A DNA stretch of 64,000 bases from Promethearchaeota archaeon (GTDB taxonomy: Archaea; Asgardarchaeota; Lokiarchaeia; Sigyniarchaeales; SOKP01), in the NCBI GenBank assembly GCA_016839555.1, contig JAEOUA010000012.1, forward strand, positions 128,001 to 192,000, given 5' to 3'. Shown here piece by piece: positions 1 to 10,342 of this stretch (position 1 is the first letter of the stretch; every line of letters starts with the position of its first letter). Under the pieces are notes generated by a model. That model did not search any database. It saw only the letters and a program-made list of their open reading frames with translations, and had not been told where the DNA came from. Position numbers and translations under genes: made by a program.

Positions 1-1821
1 AATAATTTTATATTTTTGCAGTTCCTCTTTATTTGAGATTTTTTCTTTTAATTGTATATCAATTTCATTTAACTTTTTACTTAAAATGGAATATAGTTTA
101 TGCCATTGCTTTATTTCATGAAATAAGGTGGCTTTAATACTAATATAATATAAATCTTCATTAAAAGAATTTTCAATATTTTCATTTAGAAAATCTGCTT
201 CCATAAGTGCATTTCTTATGATATATTTTAACCTTTCTTTTGCTATTTCTATTTCATCAATAAGCAAATAACTTTCTATTTCTTCCTCTATCTGTGAAGC
301 AATATTTTTTAATTTTAAAGTCATATTATAAATATCGTTTTTAATTTCATTTAGCACTTTTTTTTCTTCAAAAATTCTCTCAGAGTTAATTTTTATATCT
401 GAAATAATTACTTTTTCTAAAAAAAAATCCAAATAAAAATAATATTTGGTTAAGATGAAGAATTTCCTTTTTTCTTTTATTTCTCCACTAATAAAGTGAT
501 TATTAATCATACTAGTAATAATCGGACGAAAATCTCTGATTTTAACTTGATCCCTTGGATATTTTGAATTAAACTTATCCATAATATCTGTTAAGGATAC
601 TATACTTTTTTCAGATAAACGCTCATAAAACTCCGAAGCTAAAATCTTTTCACGAGGCGTAAGATTGCGAAGATAGTTCTTAAATTCAATTTGATTATTT
701 AAAATTTTTAAGTTAAAAGTATAATTTAAATTAATATAGGATATAATCTCATCAAGCACTTCATCTAATCCAAATAAACTATTAAGTTGATTTACATCTA
801 TATACTCATTTTCTTCAATTTCCTTAAATATAACCCGCTCTATCTCCTCTATAAATTTTTTCCAGATTATGGAAAGAAGAATTATTAATTTTGAGAATTT
901 GATTAACCCTATGGCATCCCATAGAGCTTTGGAAATTAAAATCCTATTTAAATTAATATTAATATAAGAATAGATTCCAGAAGGATTATAATCTAATAAC
1001 CAGGCGTAGTTTTCTAAAATATATGAAATCCAAAATGTTGTGTTAATTTTTCCTTTCTCTTTTTTAAAACTAAATCCACCATCATCCTTATGAAATTGGT
1101 GCAAATATTGGATAGAGTCTTCTTCCACCTTGTATTCCAAATCTAAATATTTAAGACAAAGTAATTTAAAAACAATGGAAGGTTCTGTTTTTAACCTATT
1201 TATATATAAGGAGAATTTTGATTTATAGGTTCTTACATCAATACCTAATATGGTAAATAGTTCCAAAACATAATAGAGGGTCCTTGCAGGAGATGCTTTT
1301 TTACATATTTCACAATTGTGCTCAAGACAATGAACAAATCTCTCATTTTTATCATGATTTTGAATAAATTCTTTTATTTGAGTTAAAATAACTTCTTCTC
1401 CTTTAGAATTTAAATAAATCTCTAAATATCCCATTAAATGAAGGGATATCATGGCAAAATATGTTGACCATAGATCAGCTTTTTTTTGTGGAGAATATGG
1501 TGATAATCGAAATCCTAATGAGCTTCCTTCAATTTTTTCACATTGTAAAATAAAATCATAAATCTGTTCCTTTATATTTTTTTGTAGATCTTTTTTCAAA
1601 TATTTTTTAAGTAGTAAAAACCAAAAAATGTGTTCCAAATTAAGGGAACTATTAAAAAGATTTTTCGTGAAATAAATGAAAAATTCACTTATATTTTCAT
1701 ATCTACTAAAAAAAAAGGATCCGATTGCTTTTCTCTTTATCAGAACAAACGATTCAAAGGGCTCCTTCTTAAATACTGTTATATAGGGGTACGCAGTTTT
1801 ATTTAATTGAGCAATCGTCAA
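1..1821 (-). CDS. Partial (runs off left edge) protein with N-terminal prenyltransferase/squalene-oxidase-like repeats and a C-terminal winged-helix/coiled-coil region
   Basis: Not in ORF track. Manual translation from TTG at 1821 (GGTGA SD just upstream) appears open to base 1. Motifs: YDFILQCEK..GFRLSP..ADLWSTYFA and QFHKDDGGFSF..INTTFW; later SIVSLTDIMDKF..SMINNHFISGEI. Confidence 0.75.
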   Translation of the reverse strand, partial: MTIAQLNKTAYPYITVFKKEPFESFVLIKRKAIGSFFFSRYENISEFFIYFTKNLFNSSLNLEHIFWFLLLKKYLKKDLQKNIKEQIYDFILQCEKIEGSSLGFRLSPYSPQKKADLWSTYFAMISLHLMGYLEIYLNSKGEEVILTQIKEFIQNHDKNERFVHCLEHNCEICKKASPARTLYYVLELFTILGIDVRTYKSKFSLYINRLKTEPSIVFKLLCLKYLDLEYKVEEDSIQYLHQFHKDDGGFSFKKEKGKINTTFWISYILENYAWLLDYNPSGIYSYININLNRILISKALWDAIGLIKFSKLIILLSIIWKKFIEEIERVIFKEIEENEYIDVNQLNSLFGLDEVLDEIISYINLNYTFNLKILNNQIEFKNYLRNLTPREKILASEFYERLSEKSIVSLTDIMDKFNSKYPRDQVKIRDFRPIITSMINNHFISGEIKEKRKFFILTKYYFYLDFFLEKVIISDIKINSERIFEEKKVLNEIKNDIYNMTLKLKNIASQIEEEIESYLLIDEIEIAKERLKYIIRNALMEADFLNENIENSFNEDLYYISIKATLFHEIKQWHKLYSILSKKLNEIDIQLKEKISNKEELQKYKII

Positions 1822-1978
1822 GAACTATTTTTCACCGATTTTTTTTGATAATAATAATAATTTAACTATATATTTTTCACTATTAAGATAAAAAACTCCT
1901 ATTTTAAACAAATAAAAAATTTTAAAATCTAAACTAAAAAAATAAAAAAAATAAAAATAAAAAGAAATTTTGAAGTTT

Positions 1979-2689
1979 TTATGGTTTTAATCCTAAATAT
2001 AAAAAGACTGCGGAAACGATAATAAACATTCGAACAATAGATAAGAATGCTCCTGGTGGTATTAATGTATCAAAGATAGCTGCTACTGGAAAAATAAGAA
2101 ATGCTAATCCTAAATAGATAAATTTTTTCTTTACTATTCCTGTAGATTCTCTTGCCTTTAGAAATGCCCCTAGACCATTAAATATTATAATTGTGAATAT
2201 TATAATCGCCAATGCATAAAATGTGAAAAACGCGAAATTTAAAGAAGTATCAATAATATTTTCTCCTGTTGGATATGGATCTGGATATATATATGAATCG
2301 TATGGAAATATCAGTAAGCCTATTTCAAATACTATGCCAACAACTAAAATAAATCCTAAGATATATTTCTTTTTATTAGGAGCAATTAATTCGGCTCCTA
2401 TATTCAAAGCTATGAAAATAGCAGGAGCAACCCAAATATAACTTGCATAGACATATATAAATTTTATATCTTCAGGAATATTTGTCCCCGTAAATAAAAT
2501 CTTGGTAAAATCTAAAGCAGGACCAGACCAAAGCAAACCAATCATTATTATCATTACACCAGCATATTTCAGTAATTTAGCATTTAATTTATAAGCTCGG
2601 TATACTATATAAATTCCAATAACTAGATCAATTATAAGTACCCCTAGTGCTGAAAGACCGTTTAAGTACCCATTTAAACTAAGAGCCAT
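1979..2689 (-). CDS. Seven-TM membrane protein (HisKA_7TM-like sensor module, stand-alone)
   Basis: 236 aa with seven hydrophobic segments and no cytoplasmic output domain. Confidence 0.7.
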   Translation of the reverse strand: MALSLNGYLNGLSALGVLIIDLVIGIYIVYRAYKLNAKLLKYAGVMIIMIGLLWSGPALDFTKILFTGTNIPEDIKFIYVYASYIWVAPAIFIALNIGAELIAPNKKKYILGFILVVGIVFEIGLLIFPYDSYIYPDPYPTGENIIDTSLNFAFFTFYALAIIIFTIIIFNGLGAFLKARESTGIVKKKFIYLGLAFLIFPVAAIFDTLIPPGAFLSIVRMFIIVSAVFLYLGLKP

Positions 2690-2976
2690 TTAATTATTTC
2701 ACCATTTATATTAAATTTTTTAGATTTCAAAAAATAACTAATATAAAAATATGTTTTTAGTCTTTATAAAATATCCTTTATTTGAAAAAAATTCAAAACT
2801 AATTGTTTAAGATTGGTAAAATTAATATAATAAATTTTGCTAATTAATTGAATACCACCTTCTATTCAAGATATTAGATTTTTCAAGAGATAAATTCTTT
2901 AAGTTTTAAATTTTTTTATAATAAAAAGTGAGCTATTAATAATTTTTTGAAAATATTTTTGAATCAGTGAATTGAG

Positions 2977-4161
2977 ATGGTTTCAAGGAGATTAAAAGAT
3001 CTGCAGTATGCGATTAGGGATATAGGAGTTATCGCTGAAGAAGTCGAAAAAGCTGGAAAGCAAATTTATCATTTAAATATTGGAGATCCTGTGATATATG
3101 ATTTTAAAACACCAAATTATATTTCCCAAGCATTAGCTGATGCGACGTTTGCGGGGCAAAACTTTTATGTTAATTCTCTGGGTGTTCCAGAGTTAAGAGA
3201 AGAAGTATGTAGATATGAAAAAAATAAAAATTCTATTAATATCACACCCGATGATATCTTGATTACGAGCGGTGTTACAGAAGGAATTTTCTTCTTATTA
3301 GCAGGTTTATTGGAAAATAATGAAGAGATATTGGTACCAGGACCAACATATCCCGTATATCTCAATTATGCTCAATTTTTCGATGGAATCCCAGTAGAAT
3401 ATGAATTAAATGAAAAAAATGAATGGGAACCGAATATTGATGATATAAGAAAAAAGATTTCACCGAAAACAAAAGCCATTTTAATAAGCTCTCCGAATAA
3501 TCCAACTGGTACTTTATTTAGCAACAAAAAAATAAAACAAATAATTGATTTGGCAGGAGAATTTGATATTCCCATCCTTTCGGATGAAATTTATGATCAA
3601 ATTGTTTTTGAAAAACAATACACTTGTCCCGCTACACTCAGTAAAGATGTTCCCATTATAGGTTTAAATGGTTTCTCTAAAGCTCATTTGGCTACAGGTT
3701 GGAGGATGGGATACCTTTACTATTATGATCCGCAAAATAGACTCACAGAATTAAAAAAAGGAATCGAAAATATGGCTCGGGCAAGATTATGTGCCAATTC
3801 AATCGCTCAATATGCTGCAATTGAAGCATTAAAAAACCCGGGACCCCATACAGAGGAAATGGTAAAAAAATTACGAAAAAGAAGAGATTATTCCTATAAA
3901 AGATTACGTCAAATTGAGGGGCTTAATTGCATTAATGCAGATGGAGCTTTTTATCTATTTCCCAAAATAGATATTACTAGCTTTAAAAAATGGAAAAATG
4001 ACAAAGAATTTGTTATCGATTTGCTTAGAAATACTGGAGTTTGTGCCGTCTATGGATCAGGTTTTGGAACATACGGAAAAAACCACTTAAGATTAACATT
4101 TTTGCCAGATTTACATCTCCTTGAAAAAGTATATAATTTAATTGAAGATTTCTTAAAATAA
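2977..4161 (+). CDS. PLP-dependent class I/II aminotransferase (alanine/aspartate type)
   Basis: LNIGDP, SPNNPTG, SDEIYD, GFSKAHLATGWRMG (PLP lysine), GAFYLFP. Confidence 0.93.
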   Translation: MVSRRLKDLQYAIRDIGVIAEEVEKAGKQIYHLNIGDPVIYDFKTPNYISQALADATFAGQNFYVNSLGVPELREEVCRYEKNKNSINITPDDILITSGVTEGIFFLLAGLLENNEEILVPGPTYPVYLNYAQFFDGIPVEYELNEKNEWEPNIDDIRKKISPKTKAILISSPNNPTGTLFSNKKIKQIIDLAGEFDIPILSDEIYDQIVFEKQYTCPATLSKDVPIIGLNGFSKAHLATGWRMGYLYYYDPQNRLTELKKGIENMARARLCANSIAQYAAIEALKNPGPHTEEMVKKLRKRRDYSYKRLRQIEGLNCINADGAFYLFPKIDITSFKKWKNDKEFVIDLLRNTGVCAVYGSGFGTYGKNHLRLTFLPDLHLLEKVYNLIEDFLK

Positions 4162-4229
4162 TTAAGTTTAATTATAAAAATTAGCAGAAATCATAAAAAA
4201 ATAGTATTTTACCATAAATTCCTTTTTTT

Positions 4230-5849
4230 CTACTTCTCAGTTTGTTTATAAGACTGTATCTTATTTAGTCCTTTCAATAATGCAAGCACACTACTCATTA
4301 CAATATCTTCATGTGTGGCGCTGGTCGTTACTATATAATGAGTATCTAAATCCATTAATTCTATCATTACATTTCCAAGAGCATCACTTCCACCGGTAAT
4401 AGCGTCGATATTATATTCAAGCAATTTTACTCTACTCATTGGTTCAAAACATTTAACTATGGCTTTTACAGAAGCATCTACAGGTCCAACACCGGTTGAT
4501 GATGCTAATTTTTCAATAAATTCTCCATTGTTTTTGATTTTAAGACGAACAGTGGAAGTAGGAGTTATAGAACCTGTTAATACTGTCAATTCATCGAGAA
4601 TAACATATTGTTCTTCTTCTGGAAGCTCTCCCATAACATCTTTCACGATTGCGAGAAAATCTTCTTCGGCAACTTCGTGCCCCTTATCTCCGTATCTTTT
4701 GACATTTGTAAATATCTTCTGAAATTGTTCATCTGAAGGATGAATCCCTAAGTCTTCTAATTTGGCTTTAAGCGCATGACCTCCTGTATGTTTTCCCAGC
4801 TTAATAGATTGTTTTACAATTTCTTCTACATTGTCTGTTCTTTTAATGCCGATTAATTCAGGAGTGATAGGCTCATATGCTCTCGCATTTTTGATCATTG
4901 CATGGGCATGAATTCCTGATTCGTGAGCAAAGGCATTCTGTCCTATTAAAGGTTGGAGACGACCAATTTTAATCTTGCCCCCGCAATAGCTTTCTATGAG
5001 TTTTGCGGTAGGAAATATTAATCTTGTATTTATATTCATTGGTACTTGATAAAGAGCATATAGAGACATCGCAGTTTCTTCAAAAGAAGCATTGCCAGCC
5101 CGCTCACCAAGCCCCATAATGGTTGTTTGAGCCTCTGACGCTCCATTTTCAAAACCTGCGATGGTGTTTGCTACAGCTAATCCAAAATCATTATGACAAT
5201 GAACTGCAATTCTAATATTTTTTGGTAAAGCTTCATAGTTTTGTCTAACAATAAATCCAAAGGCATTTGGGGAGATAGTGCCCACAGTATCAGGAATATT
5301 GACACGCGTGGCCCCATGCTCAATAGCTGTCTTATTCGCTTTTATTAAAAAATCAAGATCAGATCTCGTAGCATCTTCAGCTGAAAATAAAACTTTTTCA
5401 TAATGATCCTTCGCATAAGATACATGTTCAGCGATGCTCTCTATAACCTCTTGAGGGGTCATTTCTAGTTTTTCTCTCATATGTAATTCTGATGTGGCGA
5501 TAAAGACATGGATACTATCCATATCTGCCTCGATAACTTTATCTATATCCAATTTTTTCATCCGTGCTAATCCAATGATCTCGGAATTTAGTCCTAATTT
5601 TGAAATATCTCTACAAGCAGCAAAATCTCCCTCTGAGATTACGGGAAATCCTGCTTCAATAACATCAATTCCAAGCTCATTTAATGAGCTTGCTATTGAT
5701 AACTTCTCTTCGTGTGTGAACGATATGCCTGGAGTCTGCTCACCATCACGAAGAGTTGTATCAAAAAAATAAGCCTTATCAGGAAGCAATAGATTCTTCC
5801 TTAGCTTTTCCATCATAGTCGAAACATAAATTTCCTTCTTTTCCATCAT
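4230..5849 (-). CDS. leuA: 2-isopropylmalate synthase (LeuA/CimA family) with C-terminal regulatory domain
   Basis: DTTLRDGEQTPG, HCHNDFGLAVAN, GERAGNA, AHESGIH, GVGPVDA. Citramalate synthase is not excluded. Confidence 0.85.
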   Translation of the reverse strand: MMEKKEIYVSTMMEKLRKNLLLPDKAYFFDTTLRDGEQTPGISFTHEEKLSIASSLNELGIDVIEAGFPVISEGDFAACRDISKLGLNSEIIGLARMKKLDIDKVIEADMDSIHVFIATSELHMREKLEMTPQEVIESIAEHVSYAKDHYEKVLFSAEDATRSDLDFLIKANKTAIEHGATRVNIPDTVGTISPNAFGFIVRQNYEALPKNIRIAVHCHNDFGLAVANTIAGFENGASEAQTTIMGLGERAGNASFEETAMSLYALYQVPMNINTRLIFPTAKLIESYCGGKIKIGRLQPLIGQNAFAHESGIHAHAMIKNARAYEPITPELIGIKRTDNVEEIVKQSIKLGKHTGGHALKAKLEDLGIHPSDEQFQKIFTNVKRYGDKGHEVAEEDFLAIVKDVMGELPEEEQYVILDELTVLTGSITPTSTVRLKIKNNGEFIEKLASSTGVGPVDASVKAIVKCFEPMSRVKLLEYNIDAITGGSDALGNVMIELMDLDTHYIVTTSATHEDIVMSSVLALLKGLNKIQSYKQTEK

Positions 5850-6261
5850 TTTATTTTCCTATTCTAATTTAATTTAATTTAAAAATCAAATGCCTTCTTA
5901 ATCGTATAAGATTTTTAGCCTCTAAATCTTATTACCAATTAAAAGGCTCTTTATAATAATAAGAGTAGATTTAATATACTCAAAGATAAACTAAGGGATA
6001 AAATCTGTTTTAAATTTAGTTTTCTAAAAAGTATCGTGGTTTTCAATTGAAGCATTTTTATTCCTTAGTAATATAATTGATATAAAAAATTAATTTTAGA
6101 ATTAAAAATTTATGATTCTTTTTTTCCTATTAAATCGAGCCTTCAGAATAAGTCATATGATTAATAAAAATTGGCTATTTGTTTCGTGTATGATAAAGTA
6201 TTAATATTAGATCATTATTAGTATAAATCAAACCAAAAAATTTAATAAAATTGTGATTATT

Positions 6262-6678
6262 ATGCCTAAAGCTGAAATAACAAAAGAAATTAAAGCATCT
6301 GCAGAGCGAATTTACTCGATATTAAAAGACAGAGAAGCAAATCCAGTTTGGAATATTACGGTAAACGAGGTCAATATACTCTCCGATACAAAAGCAAATT
6401 ATAAAACGACTGTCGGTGATTTAACACTTACCCTTACCGTAGATAAAAAGAATGAAAAGATTTTTAATGATGTAGAGGGAAATCCCTTAATGAAAACAAT
6501 GGAATATTCCATTAAAGCAAAAGGGGATATCTGTGATGTTACTATTGCCGCTGAATTTCCTGAACCAGACCAGGAACCTATATTAAGGACAGCGGGAGAT
6601 GTACTTTTAGTAAGTTTAAAAAAATATGCGGAATATTTAGAAGAAGGTGGAGATCCAAGCTCATATAAGAAAAAATAA
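6262..6678 (+). CDS. SRPBCC/START-fold (polyketide cyclase-like) protein
   Basis: EIKASAERIYSIL..PVWN..LKKYAE pattern; paralog of 24334-24750; ATG 6262 follows GTGAT SD. Confidence 0.75.
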   Translation: MPKAEITKEIKASAERIYSILKDREANPVWNITVNEVNILSDTKANYKTTVGDLTLTLTVDKKNEKIFNDVEGNPLMKTMEYSIKAKGDICDVTIAAEFPEPDQEPILRTAGDVLLVSLKKYAEYLEEGGDPSSYKKK

Positions 6679-6749
6679 ATCTATTACAAAATCATATTTT
6701 TTTATTTTACTCTAATTTTTTAAATCTAAACCAAATTTTTTTGATTATA

Positions 6750-7937
6750 TTATAATCTTTTTTTTAAGATTTCCGCCATATCTTTTGAATTTAATTTCAC
6801 AGGATTGTTTTTTAAGCCAGTTAATTCAACTATTTTATCAATATCATCTTCGGTTATCCCATACTTTCCTAAGCTTTCTAAATGAAGTGTTTTTGTCCAG
6901 TTATCCAAATTAGTTATTAGAATCTCTAAATATTTTAACATTTCAGTATCTATGCTTCCTGATTCATTTGCAAGTAGCGCGCCTATTTTAGCATGCTTTT
7001 TCAAGGATTCTTTTCCCTTTTCACCCATTTCTTTTAATTTCTCTATATTCATATTTACCGCTTCCGCTAAAAGGGTTCCACATACAACTCCGTGAGGTAT
7101 CTCAAACAAACCACCAATGGAAGAAGCAAAACCATGAACAATTCCCAATCCTGCATTAGCAAGAGTAATCCCTGACATTAATGAACCATATGCTAAAGCT
7201 GTCCTTACTTTAATATTATCTTGAGCATTAGTGCATGCAGGAATGAGATTATCTTTCATATATTTCATACCACTATACGCTAAGGCATCAGTCATAGGAT
7301 TTGCCTTTGTAGATACATAAGAACCATAAAGTTGCGTAAACGCATCCATTCCGCAAGCGGCTGTTATAGAAGGAGGACAACTAAGTGTTAACTCGGGATC
7401 GATGATAGCTATGTTGGGGATGTAATTATCATGCCGTAAGGATTTCTTAAATCCATCCTCACCCACTTGGCTAATAACCGCATTTTTTGTTGCCTCGGAA
7501 CCGGTCCCTGAGGTCGTTGGAATCGCAATGAATGGTATTTTTTCTCCATCAGGTTTTTTGGTTCCAACTCCCTCTAAATAATTTTTTATTGAGTCTTGCT
7601 TTGGGATCATAGCTGATATTGCTTTTCCCGCATCTATTACAGACCCTCCTCCAATAGATACGATTACATCCAAGCTTTCTCTCCTGTATTGCATAGCATA
7701 TTCATCAACCAAGGAAGGGGATGGTTCACTTGAGACTGAAACATGAGAAGAAGTTATTCCCAATGTTTCCATATTTTCTATGATTTTTTCCCACGTGCCA
7801 GATTTTTTTAAAGAACTTTCACCAATTACAAAAAGTACATTATTTCCGAAAGAAGGTATTATATTGAATAAATCTGAAAGTTTTCCTGGCCCAAATATTA
7901 TTTTTGGAATACTTGCAAATTCAAAAGGTAAGATCAT
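6750..7937 (-). CDS. Iron-containing alcohol dehydrogenase
   Basis: GGGSVIDAGK, IPTTSGTGSEAT, GMDAFTQ, GIVHG, PHGVVC; likely ATG start at 7937 (track start 7976). Confidence 0.93.
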   Translation of the reverse strand: MILPFEFASIPKIIFGPGKLSDLFNIIPSFGNNVLFVIGESSLKKSGTWEKIIENMETLGITSSHVSVSSEPSPSLVDEYAMQYRRESLDVIVSIGGGSVIDAGKAISAMIPKQDSIKNYLEGVGTKKPDGEKIPFIAIPTTSGTGSEATKNAVISQVGEDGFKKSLRHDNYIPNIAIIDPELTLSCPPSITAACGMDAFTQLYGSYVSTKANPMTDALAYSGMKYMKDNLIPACTNAQDNIKVRTALAYGSLMSGITLANAGLGIVHGFASSIGGLFEIPHGVVCGTLLAEAVNMNIEKLKEMGEKGKESLKKHAKIGALLANESGSIDTEMLKYLEILITNLDNWTKTLHLESLGKYGITEDDIDKIVELTGLKNNPVKLNSKDMAEILKKRL

Positions 7938-8427
7938 AATAAACTCATCATAAAGGTTTGAATATATTTTTTTCAATTAACTAATAAATATAATTGCTTG
8001 TCTTTTTTATATCTTTTAGATCATCTTTAGAATCACAAAAATAGATTAAGAACTATAGAAAAATTGTATTTTAATATTTAGATTAATCTAAAAATAATTC
8101 GGAAGAGATTTAGGTTATTTTTTTCCTTTAAATTGAGTTAGAACCTTTTTAAGAATAAGGACACGTTAATAAATGTGATTTATTTTCTAAATTTAAATTA
8201 GATGTCAAAGTTTTCCTTAACCCTTTTTATATATTTTTTTTAAACCAACGAACTCTGGTTTATAATTATAAAGATTTGCTTTTTATAAATTTAAATTCTT
8301 ATTCCTAAATATGTGATGCTGATACATACATAATTTTATGAAAATTCATTTCTATATGAATAGTTATAGCTTAAAAAATTAGAATTCTCGTAAAAATATA
8401 CATTCTCTATAGAAAAATTATTTTAAT

Positions 8428-8652
8428 TTGAAAAAATCAATTTTAATGATATTGAATCAAAATACTATTGAAATTTCAGAAATGCTTGATTTTTCTGATC
8501 AAGAATTAAATACTTTAGATAATGTCTTTTCCGATATAGATTTAACACCATTTTTCATTGGAAGCAAATGGGATATATTTAAAGCCACCATGAAACTAAT
8601 GTTTAAAGAAGGGGGAATAAAAAAATGGAAATTTTTAAAACGATTGTTATAA
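8428..8652 (+). CDS. Small ORF, possibly a C-terminal relic of a geranylgeranyl-reductase-type FAD protein
   Basis: 74 aa, TTG start; MLDFSDQELNTL..SDIDL loosely resembles GGR C-terminal helices. Confidence 0.3.
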   Translation: MKKSILMILNQNTIEISEMLDFSDQELNTLDNVFSDIDLTPFFIGSKWDIFKATMKLMFKEGGIKKWKFLKRLL

Positions 8653-8785
8653 TCTAAGATTTAAATTTTACCTGAAAGGATCATTCATTTCTCATTAAAA
8701 AATGAAAAATAGAAAAAGATACAAAAGAAACAAAAAAATAAAATATATTAAAAAAATAATCGATTTTTATTTGTTATAGTGTATT

Positions 8786-10321
8786 TTATTGTTTTTTGGT
8801 ATTTAATTCAATTATTTCTTTTGATGGTTCTTCTACCACTTCAAGTAGATCATATTTCGAAATCATTTCAAGAATTCCCAGTACATCTAACTGATGATCA
8901 TACAGTTCATTCGCATCTGAAAGATTCCTCCAGCAGAAGGGGCATTCAGTCGTTAAGATATCCGCTTCTACAGCATTAGCCTCGTCACATCGCAAACTTG
9001 CTGTACGTAATGAGAAATCAGGATATCCCGCTCGTACTCCGCCGCCTGCACCGCAGCACATCGAATTCTCCTTGATACGGTACATCTCAACGAATATAAT
9101 TCCTACATCTTCTTTTAATTTTCGAAGAATTACACGTGGTTTCTCAAACCACTTTTCAGCTTTTTCGTCGAGTAGTCGTATATCAAACATTAAATTATCA
9201 CTATTATTGATAATTTCTTGTTCAAAGCCCAGATAAAAGTGCCTTCCTGTGTGGCAAGGGTCGTGGTAAGTAACTTTTTTTCCTTTTAGTTCTTTGTTTG
9301 GTTTAAATTTGATTTCCCCAGTTAAATCCTTGATTTGATTATACTCCGCTTCTAAGTCTTCTAAAGTAGCTTTCAACCGTCTATTATCGGGATCTTTGTT
9401 AAGTTTCGCTTTTAGTTCTTTAATTTGTCCCGGGTATTCTCTTTTCTTTTGAGGAATTGAAATCATTTCAGAAATTAACTCAAACGCATGCTTGGTGATA
9501 AAAGGAAGTTCTTCACCTTCTCCCATCCATTTAGGATAGTCCACATAAAATGTTCTATAACATCCCGCACAAGAGAAAAACACTACATCATACGGTTTAA
9601 AATTCTCAAGATTTTTTTTCATTAATTCTTGCGCAGTATCTACGGAACCAATTCTAAAGAACGGACTACCACAGCATACTTCATCGCCCACAAGCGTAAA
9701 GTCAACTCCTAATTGTTCGAAAATCTTACAAGTTGCAATTGCAATGTTTGTTTGACGATAACTCGCGGTACATCCTACATAATACGCATATTTTGCGCCC
9801 TTATTGTCTATATATTTCTCAAGCCCCGAATCTTTTGCCCATTTAAATCTATCTTTAGCCTCTCCACCGTAAGGATTATTTCTCTCTTTCACTAATCTAT
9901 CAACAAATTCGTGCTTGTCAATCATAGGTATGCCAGCTTCTTTACATGCTGCTCGTAGGGACTCAATAATATCTACGGTTTGAACCTTATTCTCGCACTG
10001 TACGGCACACATACCACACGTAATGCAAGGCATAAACACATCGCGTACAGACTCACTAAATTCTAAATCGCCATCCATTATCGCCCTAGCAATCCACATT
10101 TTTCCCGCATTCCAGAAGGCTTCCCAACCATATTCTATTCCCGCAGGACAAGAATCAACCATACCTTCGTAAAGAACGGTTTGTTGTTTGCCTTTATATT
10201 CACCAATTCCTTCTCTACTTGGATCTCCAGAATACGTAAACTTACACGCTTTACAATGAATACAGCGGTATATATCTACTTTTAATTCTTCTAATCTATC
10301 CATTCCAGTTATATTTGACAT
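8786..10321 (-). CDS. (Fe-S)-binding CCG-domain oxidoreductase subunit (HdrD/GlpC/GlcF family)
   Basis: CIHCKAC...CP, CITCGMCAVQC, YVGC, EVCCG, SCAGC, YHDPCH, MCCGAGGG, ECPFC. Confidence 0.9.
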   Translation of the reverse strand: MSNITGMDRLEELKVDIYRCIHCKACKFTYSGDPSREGIGEYKGKQQTVLYEGMVDSCPAGIEYGWEAFWNAGKMWIARAIMDGDLEFSESVRDVFMPCITCGMCAVQCENKVQTVDIIESLRAACKEAGIPMIDKHEFVDRLVKERNNPYGGEAKDRFKWAKDSGLEKYIDNKGAKYAYYVGCTASYRQTNIAIATCKIFEQLGVDFTLVGDEVCCGSPFFRIGSVDTAQELMKKNLENFKPYDVVFFSCAGCYRTFYVDYPKWMGEGEELPFITKHAFELISEMISIPQKKREYPGQIKELKAKLNKDPDNRRLKATLEDLEAEYNQIKDLTGEIKFKPNKELKGKKVTYHDPCHTGRHFYLGFEQEIINNSDNLMFDIRLLDEKAEKWFEKPRVILRKLKEDVGIIFVEMYRIKENSMCCGAGGGVRAGYPDFSLRTASLRCDEANAVEADILTTECPFCWRNLSDANELYDHQLDVLGILEMISKYDLLEVVEEPSKEIIELNTKKQ

Positions 10322-10342
10322 TTTTTTTCAACCTCTTTTAAA

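Noticed and set aside
8077-8092. Palindrome TTTAGATTAATCTAAA upstream of the alcohol dehydrogenase
   Set aside because: Almost all A/T in a very AT-rich spacer, so plausible by chance
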